Notes under the pieces: model-generated
What the model was told of the DNA's origin: nothing
The model's database searches: none
The model's input: the letters and a program-made list of their open reading frames with translations, nothing else
Assembly (NCBI RefSeq): GCF_041146345.1
Contig: NW_027191414.1
Location: forward strand, 1,178,001-1,242,000
Direction of reading: 5' to 3'
DNA from: Neodothiora populina
Taxonomy: Eukaryota
Length of the DNA: 64,000 nucleotides
In this document: positions 37,101 through 50,057 of the stretch, piece after piece
Layout of the letters: every line of letters starts with the position of its first letter
How positions within the stretch are numbered: position 1 is the stretch's first letter
Translations under genes and position numbers: made by a program

Positions 37101-38814
37101 AACGGGCAATTAAACCAGTGAGGGTGATTGTGTGAGTCTCTAGATGAATGATCAGAATGGAGTAGTAATGGTAGGACGAGCCGTGTTCCTCTTTCCAGTG
37201 GAAGTACCACTATATGCGGCTTGATTCAAAGTTTGAGATAAGTGTGGCAATCTTGCTCTTGACAGGAAAAGTAAAGAGATAAATCGTATATCCTATTCCT
37301 TCACAGGCGTTGCGTAAGAACCAAGAGACAGACCATATATCTTGTTCTATTCGTAAGCTGGGGCCAGAACCAAGAAATGAATCTTTCGCAAAGTCTTATT
37401 ACATTTAAGTCAGAAGTCGAAGTCAAAGTCAAGTGTCATTTCAAACCCTCCAGACGACGGAGTAAGGCCGAATGTAAGTCAATGAACGATCAAATCACAT
37501 TCAAGGGAAAGTGCGGCAGCACAATTACCCTATCCCCACCATGTGGTTCTGAGCGCAAGACAAGCATGCAACTAACTCTCAGATCCCCTCACCGGCCCAG
37601 TCCAAACCACTAAATCTTCTCACCTTACCTTGCTCTACTCCCTTGCTCGTGACTGCGCCAGACAAGCTTACCACAATTGACTTTTTCTTTCCCTCCTTAC
37701 TCTCCTCAGCTTCTCTATCAGATTTTATCATCAATCTCTGACTGTTCCGTCCATTCCTATGACCCGATCTCATCACCACACTACTCCACTTCACATGAGT
37801 AATAGCCAAAGAGACAAATTGACCACAGGACCACTCTACCGTCCATGAGTGATCGACAAAGACATCCTGACCACGACCCAAAAAGTGTGATCGATTACCC
37901 CCCTTCTGATCCAATAGGAAGCGTGGCGTCAGTCCGCAGTAGTATACCAAGCTTCTTCTCTCCATTGGACTAGGGAAGAGATCTTAATTGCAGCATAGGG
38001 GCTTATTTCTTATTTCTTGTCAATAGGTACGGGTCACATATCGTGTAGGAAGGGGGCGAAAGAGAATATCTTGTCCTTGCTGTCTCGTTATGCTATACTT
38101 AACAGTGTGTGCGTGGGCTCTGCTACGTGTAGTCTTCTGCCCTCCCATTGGTTTCATCATCGTATTGGGGGAGAAAGAGAGTGACTTTAAGCTACGAGGA
38201 TGACTGCGTACACTCGAGTACTACTATCACGATACCATCACAAGGTCATGCACGATTACGGAGCAGAAAAACGTGTCAAGGAGTGGAAAAACGTGTGTGT
38301 GCGGGCGGGGAATGAGTTCCATTGCTATAGCATGTTGTATGAAAGCAACGCCCAACGGCGCAAGTGAGGTAGCTATATATTAACAGCGATCTCAGAAAGC
38401 AAATAGCAAAAAGCGCGAAGCACTTCTCCATCGTTGTGACCTGAGCGGGCAATTGTACGATGAGTTTGCAGTGGAAGCAGAATAAGTATGCCAAGCGCTA
38501 AACCGGTCGACCAATTTAGGTCTGGTCCGTACTTGGTGTCGTGTGATCGTCCAATGTCGTCGTTGTTGTGTAAGGCCGGAAAGGAGAGGAAAGCCAGAGT
38601 ACGTAATGACTACCACTTCCATCCACATCGGCGTGTAATCGTAGAAAAGAAGTAAAACCATGCATCAGTCGGGTCATTGAAGATGACCCATGAAAGAGTG
38701 TTTCTTCGCCAGGATACCAGCCCTGGTCTTCAGGCATCATAGCAATCTGTTGACTTCCGCCACCATGAAAACTTGTATCCTCCCCTCTGGATCTCAAAGT
38801 GCACCTGATCGCAC

Positions 38815-41345
38815 TTAGGCTCCGCCACCTCCACCCAGGGAGCTCTGAGCAGTGCCATCAGGATAGAAGAATGCAGATACACTGCCGCTAAATGTTAGCA
38901 TATAAAACATAGGTAATGCAGTCAAGCGGGATAAACTTACGCAATAATGACATAAACCGCGATCAACAAGCTTCCTTCAAGATAATTGCTGCGACCATCA
39001 AGGACGAGGAAGTTGACCAGGAAGGTAGTGATGAACAAGCTGACGGTTTCGAAAAGGTTGAAGTAAAGGCTCATGTCCTTGTCGAGGATCCATCCTAGAA
39101 TAACGACCAAAGGCGTAACGAAGAGGGCAATTTGGATACTGCTACCAACACTGACACCAATAGCAAGATCCATCTTGTTCTTCGCAGCGACTGTGACGGC
39201 AGTGACGTGCTCGGCTGCATTGGAGACGATGGGCAGAATGATCAGACCAATGAATGCTTGGCTGACGCTACTGCTTTCAAGCATCTCGGGAATAGCGTCG
39301 ACCATGAATTCTGCGCAAACAGCAACAAGACCTGTGGTGATGAGCAACATGACACAAGCCGATGTACGGGACATCAAGGGCTTTCCGTGATGCTCATCAT
39401 CAGTCTTGATACCAGCGGCTTGAGTAAGCGCAAGACTTCCATATGGTGGAATGTTATCGGCAACCTGAGTGCGAGAACTACCAGCCTCTTGACGATTGAG
39501 GCGATCGGGCAGAGAGCTAGTTCTGCGCAAGCCTGACGCGGTTCTCGGCGCAGCCAAGGTAGCAGGAGCAGGTGAGCCAGACAGAGAGTAAGGCGCAACG
39601 AAGACGTTATGTGACAAGACCTTTGGTAAGGCAGGACGCAGAGTTGGGCGAGTGAAGGACAAGCCAAATGTTCGCTTCGACTCATTCCCGGGATACGATT
39701 CAACGGTGACATCTTCAGAAAAGCCAACTCTTGGTGGAGAGACCTCGTAGTTACGCTTGTAGCCGGTCTTTCGGATAGATGATCCTTCACCGAAGTCATC
39801 GTGCTTCTCGTCGCTGTGCTTGAAACGCTTGTGGTGTCGCTTCTTATGCTTCTTCTTGCTCTTCGCTTCTTCATCGTGGGACTGAGGATGAGCTGGGAGG
39901 TTCTGCACAAAATCTCTGACGCGCGGCATGGCACCTCTGAGTTCAGCTTCACCATCAGTGTCGGCCTCGTCACCACTGTAGATAGCACCAGGGTTAGAGC
40001 CTTGGCGAGAAGGGTTGGCAGTATTGTTGTTGGTGGCGGCATTGACGGTTTGAGTCTCCCACGAGTGGCCAGTCCTCTCGAAAGATGGTGAGCTGACAAC
40101 AGAAGGGAGAGTCGTGTTTGTAGAGCTGGTACTCGACTTGCGGCGTCTGCGGGTTCTAAACGCGCGTTTGATCCGCTTAGTTGTGGTGTGCGAGCCCGAT
40201 GTATCCGTACTATTGGAAGAGTCCGTGTCTGAGCTGTCAGACGAGCTGGACGATTCAAAGACGTCGGCCAGGATACCAGGATGCGATTCCTCGTCAATGA
40301 TCTTCTGGGGAGTGCTCTCGTAGAGATAGGCGTGAGACTTGAGCTGGAAGGCCAAGTACAGCACGTAGACAATGAGCAGAACAACACTGGTACCTCTGCT
40401 GATCTTCAAGACATTCCTGTCTGCATCTGCTGAGTCGGAGAATGAAGCGTGGAAGACAGTTGGCAGTACCAGACTGGTGACCGCCAAACTGAGCAGACAA
40501 GCGCTCATCTGAGTGACAGTGTTGTTATAGATCTGCTCCTGGTAGCGGAGACCACCAAGCAGGAAGGCCATACCCAGGATGAGGAGAAGATTAGACAAGA
40601 TGGAACCAAGCAGAGATGCCTGGACGATACGAATCTCATTTTTGACGAGTGCGATAATGAAGATGATCAACTCGACCGCGTTACCAAACGAGACATTCAG
40701 CAGAGCGCCGAGAGTGTCACCAAGTCTTGCTGCTACACTTTCGGTGGCATAAGCAAGTAGACCCGCCAATGGAATGATGGCTACTGCATTAAGAGCAAAG
40801 ACGACCGAGGCATTGACGCCGGCAGCATCAGCAGCGATACCGGCAGGGACGAAGATCAAGAGCACGTTGATCCAACTGTGAGTCAGGGCATCCCAGAGAT
40901 GCTGACCAAATCGAATACTTCCCTTCTGCATTCGAACTGTAATTGGCAATTTAGTTGTGGCATCTGAATCTTGGCCATCGCTTATGGTGGAATGCTCCTC
41001 TCCCGCAGCTTCGGACTTGACAGGTGGCGGAGCTGGGGGAGGATTGGACGCGGATGTAGCATCGACGACATTGTTGTGGGTAATAATGTCGTGCGCTCCA
41101 TCTCTGGTATGACTTGAGTTTGAGTCGACATTGCCATTGCTGTCGATGATTGCTGAGGATCCAGGCTGTGAATTGATGCCCGCATGAGGGTTAGGCGTGT
41201 TATTTGCCTTCTCACTGTAAGAGTCTCGAGTTGTGGGGAGAACTGGACGCTGCGGGGATGAGGCTCCGGCTGTACGTTCTGTGGCGTGTTGTCTCGCCCA
41301 GATACGGATACGGTCTAATAAAGAAGAGTCAGAACTTTCTCCCAT
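38815..41345 (-). CDS. VCX1: Vacuolar Ca2+/H+ exchanger (CAX/Vcx1 family) with large cytosolic insertion. Terminal intron ~38882-38940.
   Basis: Alpha-repeats FGNAVELI and SNAAEH, LLGSILSNLLL, GSSIQIALFVTP, SNYLEG. The last intron GTAAGT..GCTAAC..AG gives IIA|VSAFFYP..GGGGA*. Family is secure; exact orthology to Vcx1 is less so. Confidence 0.9.
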
Positions 41346-41833
41346 CGGCGTATGTCCACAGTGAGGTGGATTGACTGTAATAGTTGATGTGAAAGAAGAG
41401 GAAGAAAGAGAGAGCAGATAAAGCAGGGGAATGCATGATGGCGACCAGCTATAGATAGGCAAACACCACACCAAGCCACTAATCACGTTGGCGCCAACGT
41501 GGGTCCGGGGATATTCGTGTCATGAGTCGGACGGGGCGAATAGCAGGATGGAGATAAACAGGGCTGTGCGGCTTGGGACATCTTGGTAAAGAGGAGAAGA
41601 GCTACTTACGCATAGGTAGACGATTACTTCGCTCGAAGTTCAGTGTTTAGTCGTTAAGCGTAAGATGTAAGCGGATGTATGCTTTGGCTCGAAGAAGATG
41701 ATCTCTTAATGCCTTGTTAGTGTCGGCAGAAGGGTAGCCTTGTTGATGAAATAAATAAGAGGCTCTATTGTTGCTGTTTCCTTTGACTAGCAGGATTCTG
41801 GAAGTGGAAGCAAGGAACCCCGCACGGTCCAAC

Positions 41834-41842
41834 CTCAGCCAC
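41834..41842. promoter_or_regulatory. Possible Crz1 / calcineurin-dependent response element (CTCAGCCAC)
   Basis: Matches the CAGCCAC-type Crz1 site ~490 bp upstream of the Ca2+/H+ exchanger start. The motif is short and could be chance. Confidence 0.3.
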
Positions 41843-44254
41843 AGTAGTCAGGGGGGACCTGCGTCATTCTTCTGGTATGGACACATATGATTCGCCGCTT
41901 TCGTGTCGGATCCTTCACCCACCGGTCATCTACCACACGCTAACACTCGGGGCACAGCATCCACACGCCTTTGCCGTTAGATCTAGATCACTTGAGTCAT
42001 TCCGCGATTATTGATGATGACGATGAGATAGCAGAAACAACCAGAACTACAGTGGCGCAATGACTATTCACTGTACAGTGAGATACCTCATATGGCCGTG
42101 TACGCGAAGCCAATAATAAACCTTTGTCGGAGCCGCACCTGTGGCAGTCGCCAAGTCGGACTTTGATAGCTGAAATCCGGTCGTGATATAGGGTCAGTTC
42201 CTTGGCTACTCCTCCACACTACCCACTATACGGTATGAAGAAGGTACCTACCTTAAGGTAATATAAACGTGCCGTGGCGTTGTTGTCATATGGGGAGAAC
42301 ACCGTCGCACACTCACACATGTTCACCACAGGATGATCATCATAGGTGTGCACCACACTCTGCATGTGACGCCCAATTGATTGCATAATTTAAGAACAGA
42401 AGAAGCAATGATATCCACAGCATATTGTTACCACACATGATCTCTACCCACTGAAGAATCGTACTCAGGATTCGTGACCTATGAGCGGCCCAAATCTAGT
42501 GTGTTGACTCTGTCTTTGACCAACGCAGGGATCATCGTCTGTACAGCAGGTCCGGAGTTTCTTGTCGAACCGGACAGGGAAGCGTGGTAGTGTCAAGCTC
42601 GGTGCTGGCTGTGACAGCATATGCCAACGAAAGCTCGAGTAGTGGCGGACTTCATTTACTGGACTGGGGTCGAGTCATCTCATGGGCATCGCTTACCTGG
42701 GCAGCAAGACTGACCGACTCACCGTCCTCGACCGCCTATACCACGTCGTCGCAAAGCCATAGACGGAGGTCCTTGGTGCGACGACCGACAAAACGCATAG
42801 GTACCGAGGTTGAAGCGCAAGACAGCGTACAGCGCCCGTCCACGTCACAATGCTCAACCGAGGCATCATTATTGTCAAGACATCCTATTGGCGGATATAG
42901 GACTTGGACAGAAGGAAAGACACAGAGCATACGAGGAATCGAAACGGCAACGACACTGCGTGGTCCATCCGAGACGAGATTGGAGTCTCAACAGGAGAGC
43001 TGACCGATACTAGCTAAGTCATGGCGAGTCAATGAGTCTCTAGCCACAAGTCAGTCCCAAAGGCTGTCTTGCATGCATTGGGCGTATAATACTTCCCTCT
43101 CAGAGAGACATGAGTATAATTTATGATTCATGAAGACATTGTCGCCAAGCGCTTAGGCTTACTTTACTATGTACTATTAATGCTTGCATGAATGGAAATG
43201 TTCGAAGAGCACACACGGAAAGTTTGATCAACACACATGATGTCCCTATAGAAGTGCAACAAGCAAGCTCAAACTTCACTGAAAAAGCTGTCGACGCATG
43301 TGAGGAGAGTGCTGTCTACAGTGCGTACAATCAGACGACCTGAGAGACCTTGGTTTCGCTGGTGACCCTTTACCTTAGATTGTAAAAGGATGCTGGATTT
43401 CTATGGTACGACGAGGCCACATCATTCCGGCACATGCACCTGAATCATGTCGACGCCGACGTAAGGCCAGTCATGAGTGTCACTCGTGCTCCAAGCAGCG
43501 GTGTACAAAGCGTACCTTTGTCTTGATGTCTGCCAGAGAACACAGGGGAGGGCTTATCTGGTAACGTCAGGGCTCACGAATTCTGTCACCCGCCGTGGAA
43601 GCAGAAGATCAAAGCACCGACGGACCATGAATTGATCTTGGCAGAGTAGTGGATTCCTCCGAGGCTTAGCTCCGTCGGCAGCCCATGTTCCTTTTCCCGG
43701 GGGTGAGCGGGAGGCGGAAGTCATTCAGCGTCATGTCTGATTCGCCGGGATGAGAAATGATGGCATAAACGGGGATCAACACAAGAGGAACAGGGACCAG
43801 GTGGTTATGCAGAGAAGAGATGAAACCAAGGGCCTCGTGAATTGGCGTGGAATTCGAATATGCATTAGCGAAACCACCGGAAAGGGTACATACAGTACGT
43901 TTATTCTAGAGGCAGATCTATATTGTCGAAAGCAGGTGCCTCGTTGATTCCTTGGTGTTGTGGTTTATTACGAACTTTCCTCGGCTTGAACAAAGGACCA
44001 GTAGAGAGTGGCAGCGTTGACTGAGCTACACGTACCCAACGGGAGGAAGAGGGAGTCAGAGGAAGAGGAAGAAACAGGGTCACCTGAACAAAAGGGAAGC
44101 GCGTGCCAGAAGAAAAGACAAGCAGAGTCGACTGTGTATAATTGCACCGGATCCATTCTTGGTAGTCAAAAGGCGCAAAGAGATACTCGTGGATAGATCT
44201 TTGGTTCTGGCTATTTGAATACACCGGACTCATCAGCGCAGCTATACGGACAGT

Positions 44255-47200
44255 ATGCTGCTTGTGCATCAGGCTGGAAGTGTCAAAGTAGGAGAAGTAA
44301 TTCGGTACGCTTGACCGCTCTGTGTCAAGTCTCTAATCAAGACGTGTGGTCGCTGACAGCAACATTGTTGTAACAAATAGATATACTTTGACATACACTC
44401 CCTCGCAAGACCGAATCCTACCGAGTCCCAAACACTTGCATCTGAAAATCAAAAACACATCGGCTATTCCTTTGCGCGCAGCATATCTCCATGGACCATA
44501 CACCCTGCATGTTTCGCAGTATCCGGCTACCTTCAACCCAAACAAAAAGGTCGAGGATCCGAAGAAACACGGCGTGCCTGACTTTGAACCTTTACTCAAG
44601 GCAGGTGGACATTGGACCAGCGAGTTGACGGTGCCCGAAGACATTCGCGAAACCGGCGCCACTTTTGCCCATGGACGTAAGAGTCAAGATGCGCGTAGAA
44701 GCCAAGACCAAAAGGGCAAGAGCAAAGAAGATGGCAAGAGCGTCACGTGGATCATAGAAATCGCCTCACAGATCCTCTTCTCTAATTCTGCTGCTGTGCA
44801 TTTTGAAGTGCTGGTGGGAAGAGACGAGCGCAGCTTGGACCTGGGTTTCGCTGCGGTTGCCGGTCATGGTCACGGAGCGCCTGGGCAGGTGGGAGATCAC
44901 AAGGAAAGAAGCTCCAAATCGCACGGCCAGACTTCTCATCCTCAGAAAGGCGTATACTCCAAAGCAGTCAAATTAGTCTGCGAAGATACCGAGGCGCTTT
45001 GGGACAAGCCGAGTCTTCCGACCAAAGAGGACATTCATGATGGACAAAGGCGAGGGGATCGAAGGAGCGAAGACACTACTAAACAGAGTGCAGACTCTGC
45101 GACTAGCGACACGGAGAAGCCCATCAAGAAGAAAAAGATCCATCTCGTGGTTCTGACCCACGGGCTTCATAGCAATATTGGTGCTGATATGCTGTACCTC
45201 AAAGAGAGTATAGATGCGACTGTCAAGCAAGCTAGACTCGATGCTAGGAAAAGAAAAGCTGCCTACAAGGCGCAACAGCGAGAGAAACAGCAGAAGCAAA
45301 GTGGCTCTCAAACCACCGAGGCAGGGTCATCTGACAACCCTGACTCCAGCACTGCACCATTGACAGGTGGACAAGAGGAACTGCAGGACAACGACGATGA
45401 CGGATCCGACGACGAAGAGCAGACCATCGTGCGTGGCTTCACCGGTAATGCTGTCCGTACCGAAAGAGGAATTCAGTACTTGGGCAAGCGACTTGCTAAG
45501 TACATTTTGCACTTTACATACCCAGACCAACCTTTCCTCCCGGTCAAGAAGTCTATGACGAGATCATTCGCCGATAGCTTCAAGTCGTCTTCTATAAAAG
45601 AAGCTCGTGACGGATTACCTTCTCATAACGGTAGCAGTATACACAAGGGCCAGGAGCAAGGCGCACGCAAAGAAGACCTGGCCTATACATTTACAAGCAT
45701 CAGCTTCGTTGGCCACAGTCTTGGTGGTTTGATACAGACTTATGCCGTTGCTTATATACAGAAGCACGCTCCGCATTTCTTTACACAAGTCCAGCCGATC
45801 AACTTCATTTGCATGGCCTCACCTCTGCTTGGTCTTTCTAACGAGAACCCCATGTACGTCAAATTCGCCCTCGACTTTGGCCTGGTGGGACGAACCGGAC
45901 AAGATCTCGGTCTGACATGGCGAGCGCCAACCCTCGCTAAGAGTGGCTGGTCGAATCTGGTCAATGGCTTTGGCAACCAAAGCAAGGAAAAGGAAAAGGA
46001 AAAGGATCCTGGCGCAAAACCGTTACTGCGCATCTTGCCGACCGGACCAGCTCATACCGTGCTTCGGATGTTCAGAAATAGGACCGTTTATGCTAATGTT
46101 GTCAACGATGGCATTGTGCCTTTGCGCACGAGTTGCTTGCTCTTCCTTGACTGGCGCGGGTTAGGCAAAGTTGACAAGGCCCGGAGAGAGAACGGACTGA
46201 TCGGCACAATGGCTGAATGGGGATGGGCTGAGCTGACGGGTGCCAATGCTCTGTCCAAGACGGCGAGATACGGCGAAATGAATTCCGCAGACGATGAGGG
46301 CGATGAGTCCGGGTCTGGTGCCAACACCCCAACCCAGAAGGGACAGGGAGAGACAGTGCCTCAGCCTGCCGAAAACACAACAACAGATGACAACAAGAGC
46401 CTCGTTCGAAGTGCGAGCGCATCTACCGAGCCGGAAGAGGGGCAGTTTGTCAAGAACCAAGTGCACTCTACCAGCAGGGGTAATTCTATAGGCTCGAATG
46501 CATCCGAGACAAAGAACGAGAGCGGCGGCGGTCTTCTCGACAGCTTCATGAGCTTCATACGTCCCAGCAAGACTCAGAGCAACAAGGTCACAAAGGCAAT
46601 TCGACGCGGTCAGACAATGTCTCCGTCACCCTCTGAGTCTGGTCTTAGTGAGTCCCAAGGCCGAAGAAAGAGTGACGAGAAAGAGCGTCGAAGCTTGATC
46701 TCTCGAGGCAGTACAGACAACCCGACCATGCTTCATCCACACAGCGCCAACCGACCGGGTGGCAGTGGTGGGAGTGGCAAGAAACGGCCGGGAGTGTCCC
46801 GCGGCTTTTCCACCGAGATCGACTCACTCGCTCCTCCACGTACAAGTATTTTCGAGTCTGCAAGTGACATCTTGCATCCACCTATCCCTAGCACAGCCTG
46901 GATCATCGATCCCGCCTCACGTTCGCGAACAATATTCCACGACCGAGTTTACCACCCTGAAGACATACCTCCTCCACCAGTACGCCGTCCAGGTCTCGGA
47001 CGCAGTCTTTCCGGACTGACCAGCCGATCGTTTTCTTCCGACAGCGTGACACTGAAATCTCTGGCGTCCAAAGATCAGGCTGCTACCGCGAACAACAACC
47101 CGAGTACTTCCACGCCCTCTCTGGCTCACACAGCCGACGAGAACCCTTCGATCGACTTCAGCAGCATGAAAGTAGAAGAGAAGATCGCGCGGGCGTACCA

Positions 47201-47844
47201 CCGAGATCTGTCGTGGCGCAAAGTGCTCGTGCGCCTCGAACCAGACGCGCACAACAACATGATTGTGCGGCGCATGTTCGCCAACGCCTACGGCTGGCCG
47301 GTAGTGAAGCATCTGTGCGACACGCACTTCGCGGACACGTGGACGGCGCGCGCCAGAGACGAAGACGAGGCCGCGTGGGACCGCGCCCAGGGCTTGAAGG
47401 CTGGCGAGCATGTCGGCGCAGAGGGAGAGGAGGTCAAGGGCCAGAGCGACAAGTCTGCACCCAAGAGATCAGGAGACGAGATGCGAGAGGAGCGGGATGA
47501 GCTCGGCGCGCTCAAAGAAGTCGGGACTGGGGTGGAAAGACATCGTACGCTCAACAGTGCGGCGAGAGAAGCCACCACTGGTGGTTTGAACAGCGCGAGT
47601 GGCGTCTGGGACGATGTCTATTTCGAAGGTGGATCAGACGAGGACGACGACGACGACGACGACGATAGCTATGCTGGGAAACTACACAAAGTCATGGGCA
47701 ATTGGGGTATTGGGGGCGGAGGTGGAGGGAGCCCTCCCTCTCCTGCTTCTGCAGCGCCTTCCCCATCCTCCAACGACAAGCAGAAGCGAAAGACGTCTCG
47801 AACAAACCCGAATCGCCTATCCCACCTCCGAAGCGCAAGCTCAG

Positions 47845-47875
<31 letters not shown>

Positions 47876-48509
47876 CCCACCGATGCTGTCTCCAGATACT
47901 GCAACAGGATCATTCATCGCAGGCTCGCCTTCTCTCTCGCCCAACGGTTCGACGTCTACTCTGACGCCGCTCAAACAGAGACAAAAAGAGCAACAGCAGA
48001 AAGACAGAGCAGCGGACACGAACCCCCCGCAGCCGCCGCAGAAGATCATCTCCTCGACTCTAGTCGCCGAACCCGAGCCTCTGTCTTCAGGGCCCGAGAC
48101 AGAGGCACCAGACCCAGGAAACACAACCCCCGTCCTCTCACCGTCGGCCGCACCGTCGAGTTCGACTCCAGCCACAGCACCAGGCGCAGACCCCGCCGCA
48201 GTGAAAGCAGATCGCGAAACCGAAGAAGCGCGGACACAGAGACGGCACGGCAGCGTGGATACTTCCGTCGGGTTGGATCTGAGCCGCAAGTCGATGCTCG
48301 AAGACGGCGCTGTTGCTTCGCCTGCTGTTGTGGGGTCTGCTTCTGGACCCGGTACTGCTCGTAGTGGTGTCGTTGGTCAAGGTGCAAGTGGAGGCGAGGC
48401 TGGCGAGGCGGGAGAGGAACAGAAGGCAGAAGAGGAAGAAGAAGAGGGAACGAAGAGCGGTATGGGGGACATGGAGGTTGTGGCCAGGCTTGCCTCTGGT
48501 GGAGCGTAG
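44255..48509 (+). CDS. DUF676 alpha/beta-hydrolase lipase (Rog1-like). Exons 44255-44304 and 44381-48509.
   Basis: MLLVHQAGSVKVGEVIR|YTLTYTP, LRAAYLHGPYTL, HLVVLTHGLHS, nucleophile elbow GHSLGG, NDGIVPLRT, DAHNNMIVRR. Long low-complexity tail. Confidence 0.88.
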
Positions 48510-48673
48510 ATTTTGCTTCTTCTGTATCGTTATTGGGCATGATTATCCGTTCTCTGAAGAGGAGGAGAAACGACGTCTAGTGAGCAAGAGATTTGGAACA
48601 AGCGACCCCTCAAATACCAACGCATTGCCATTCTTCATCCTGTCGAGTCTCTACAAACCCACAAGCGAAGCCA

Positions 48674-48698
48674 CCCCCCCCCCCCCCCCCCCCCCCCC
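48674..48698. repeat. Poly-C run (25 nt)
   Basis: Homopolymer between the convergent 3' ends of the lipase and GNAT genes. Confidence 0.9.
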
Positions 48699-48742
48699 GT
48701 TCCAACCAAGCAAGAAGCGAAGCGCAACGAAAATCGAAGGAA

Positions 48743-49366
48743 TCACCCAACCCTGTCAACCCCGGGCCCAACAGCAAGAAACTCATAATCACCCACCTCC
48801 CTCGGTTGCGGCCACATGAGAAACTCACACGCATCATCCAATTCTCCTCGGCCGCGCTTAACAGCCTTCATGCCCAGCGGATCCCTATAAAACGCCTTGG
48901 CCTTGCCCCCGGACGCGAACAGCGCGAACCGCCGCAGATCAGGCCACGAGCGGATCGTGTCGTCGACGCAGGCCATCAGCCACGTCGCTAGGCCGCGTCG
49001 AGTGTAGGCTGGTAGGATGTATACGTCTGTCAGGTAGGCGTGCGTGAGCGTGTCTGTTACCAGGCGCGCGAAGCCGATTTGTTTGAGTTGGGGGTGAGGG
49101 GGCTCTTGGGGTTTGGTCTCGAGAGATGGAGATGCAGTAGGGGAAGAGAGAGAGGGATAGGAACAGGTCTCGTAGACTCCGTAGCATAGACTTAGAGATA
49201 GTAGTCGAGAGAGCGTTTCGGGGTCTAGTGCGCGGGTCCAGGGGAGGTGGTCGGAGGCGAAGGCGGCGTTTATGGCGGCGTGGTCGAGGAGGGAAGAAGA
49301 GGTCGAGATGAGGTAGTTGGAGTTGCGCCATTCGAGGGGGGTGGGCAGGAACGATGGGATAGTCAT
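48743..49366 (-). CDS. GNAT-family N-acetyltransferase
   Basis: YLISTSSSLLD..INAAFASD..W, SLCYGVY, QIGFARLVTD..AYLTDVYILPAYTRRGLATWLM (motif A), FY..LG. Confidence 0.85.
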   Translation of the reverse strand: MTIPSFLPTPLEWRNSNYLISTSSSLLDHAAINAAFASDHLPWTRALDPETLSRLLSLSLCYGVYETCSYPSLSSPTASPSLETKPQEPPHPQLKQIGFARLVTDTLTHAYLTDVYILPAYTRRGLATWLMACVDDTIRSWPDLRRFALFASGGKAKAFYRDPLGMKAVKRGRGELDDACEFLMWPQPREVGDYEFLAVGPGVDRVG

Positions 49367-50057
49367 TTTTGGGGGGGTTTTTTCTCGTCTAGCAAAGAAC
49401 TGGCAAAGGGCATTGAGGGGATGTTCTAGGATTGGGATTGAAAGAGTGAAGAGAGGAACGAAAAGAAATGGAAGGGATTGTGTGGCACTTATATCATCTT
49501 CCCTACAAAAGTATGTTCTCGAGAGATGGATGAGTCATGTTCATCGATCCTCTTGTGAGTCGCATGGATCCGCAGAACAAGCAAGTCGGTCGAAAGTGGA
49601 AGGTGGAGGTGGTTTTGAGTCTGTTGGGGTAAAGGTGTACAGCATATAACTCTACTTCAACGACCGTCTGATAGGTTCACATGACTTTCTTCTTCAATCA
49701 CTTATCTGTCGGTGTTTGTATTGAGCAGACTTGTTCTGCGACAGCCCGTCATGCGTACAAGCAGGTAGGTCAGCAGGAGATGCTGCGGTGGTGTGACTTG
49801 CAGGTGTCCAAGGTAATTACCTTACAAGTAGCTGCAGTGAGGGAGTATCTAAGATGAAGCAAGTATTGGCGATGGGTGCTCGGTAAGAACTGCCCCGCGT
49901 GAAATCAGGTCTTGGCACCATCTGTGTCTCGATTGTCCACCACAATCCACTCGACCACTTCGTCACTCATCCACAGACACACAATCCAGAGAGCCAGCGA
50001 ACCGACACAGCAGTCAAGAAAGAGAAGAGGAAAGAGAAGAAGAAACAGAAGAAAACG

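Noticed and set aside
38516..38797. 93-aa ORF with a weak internal repeat (GEDTSFHG / GEETLFHG) after the exchanger stop
   Set aside because: Non-ATG start in the probable 3' UTR, with no supporting splice or homology signal.
39374..40387. 337-aa alternative-frame ORF inside the Ca2+/H+ exchanger
   Set aside because: Off-frame by-product of codon bias; non-ATG start and no domain.
42584..43003. 139-aa ORF between the exchanger and the lipase
   Set aside because: GTG start, no motif or codon bias; probably spurious.
43600..43680. Two 8-bp inverted pairs (AAGATCAA/TTGATCTT and CCGACGGA/TCCGTCGG)
   Set aside because: Too few stems, and they are mutually crossing; compatible with chance.
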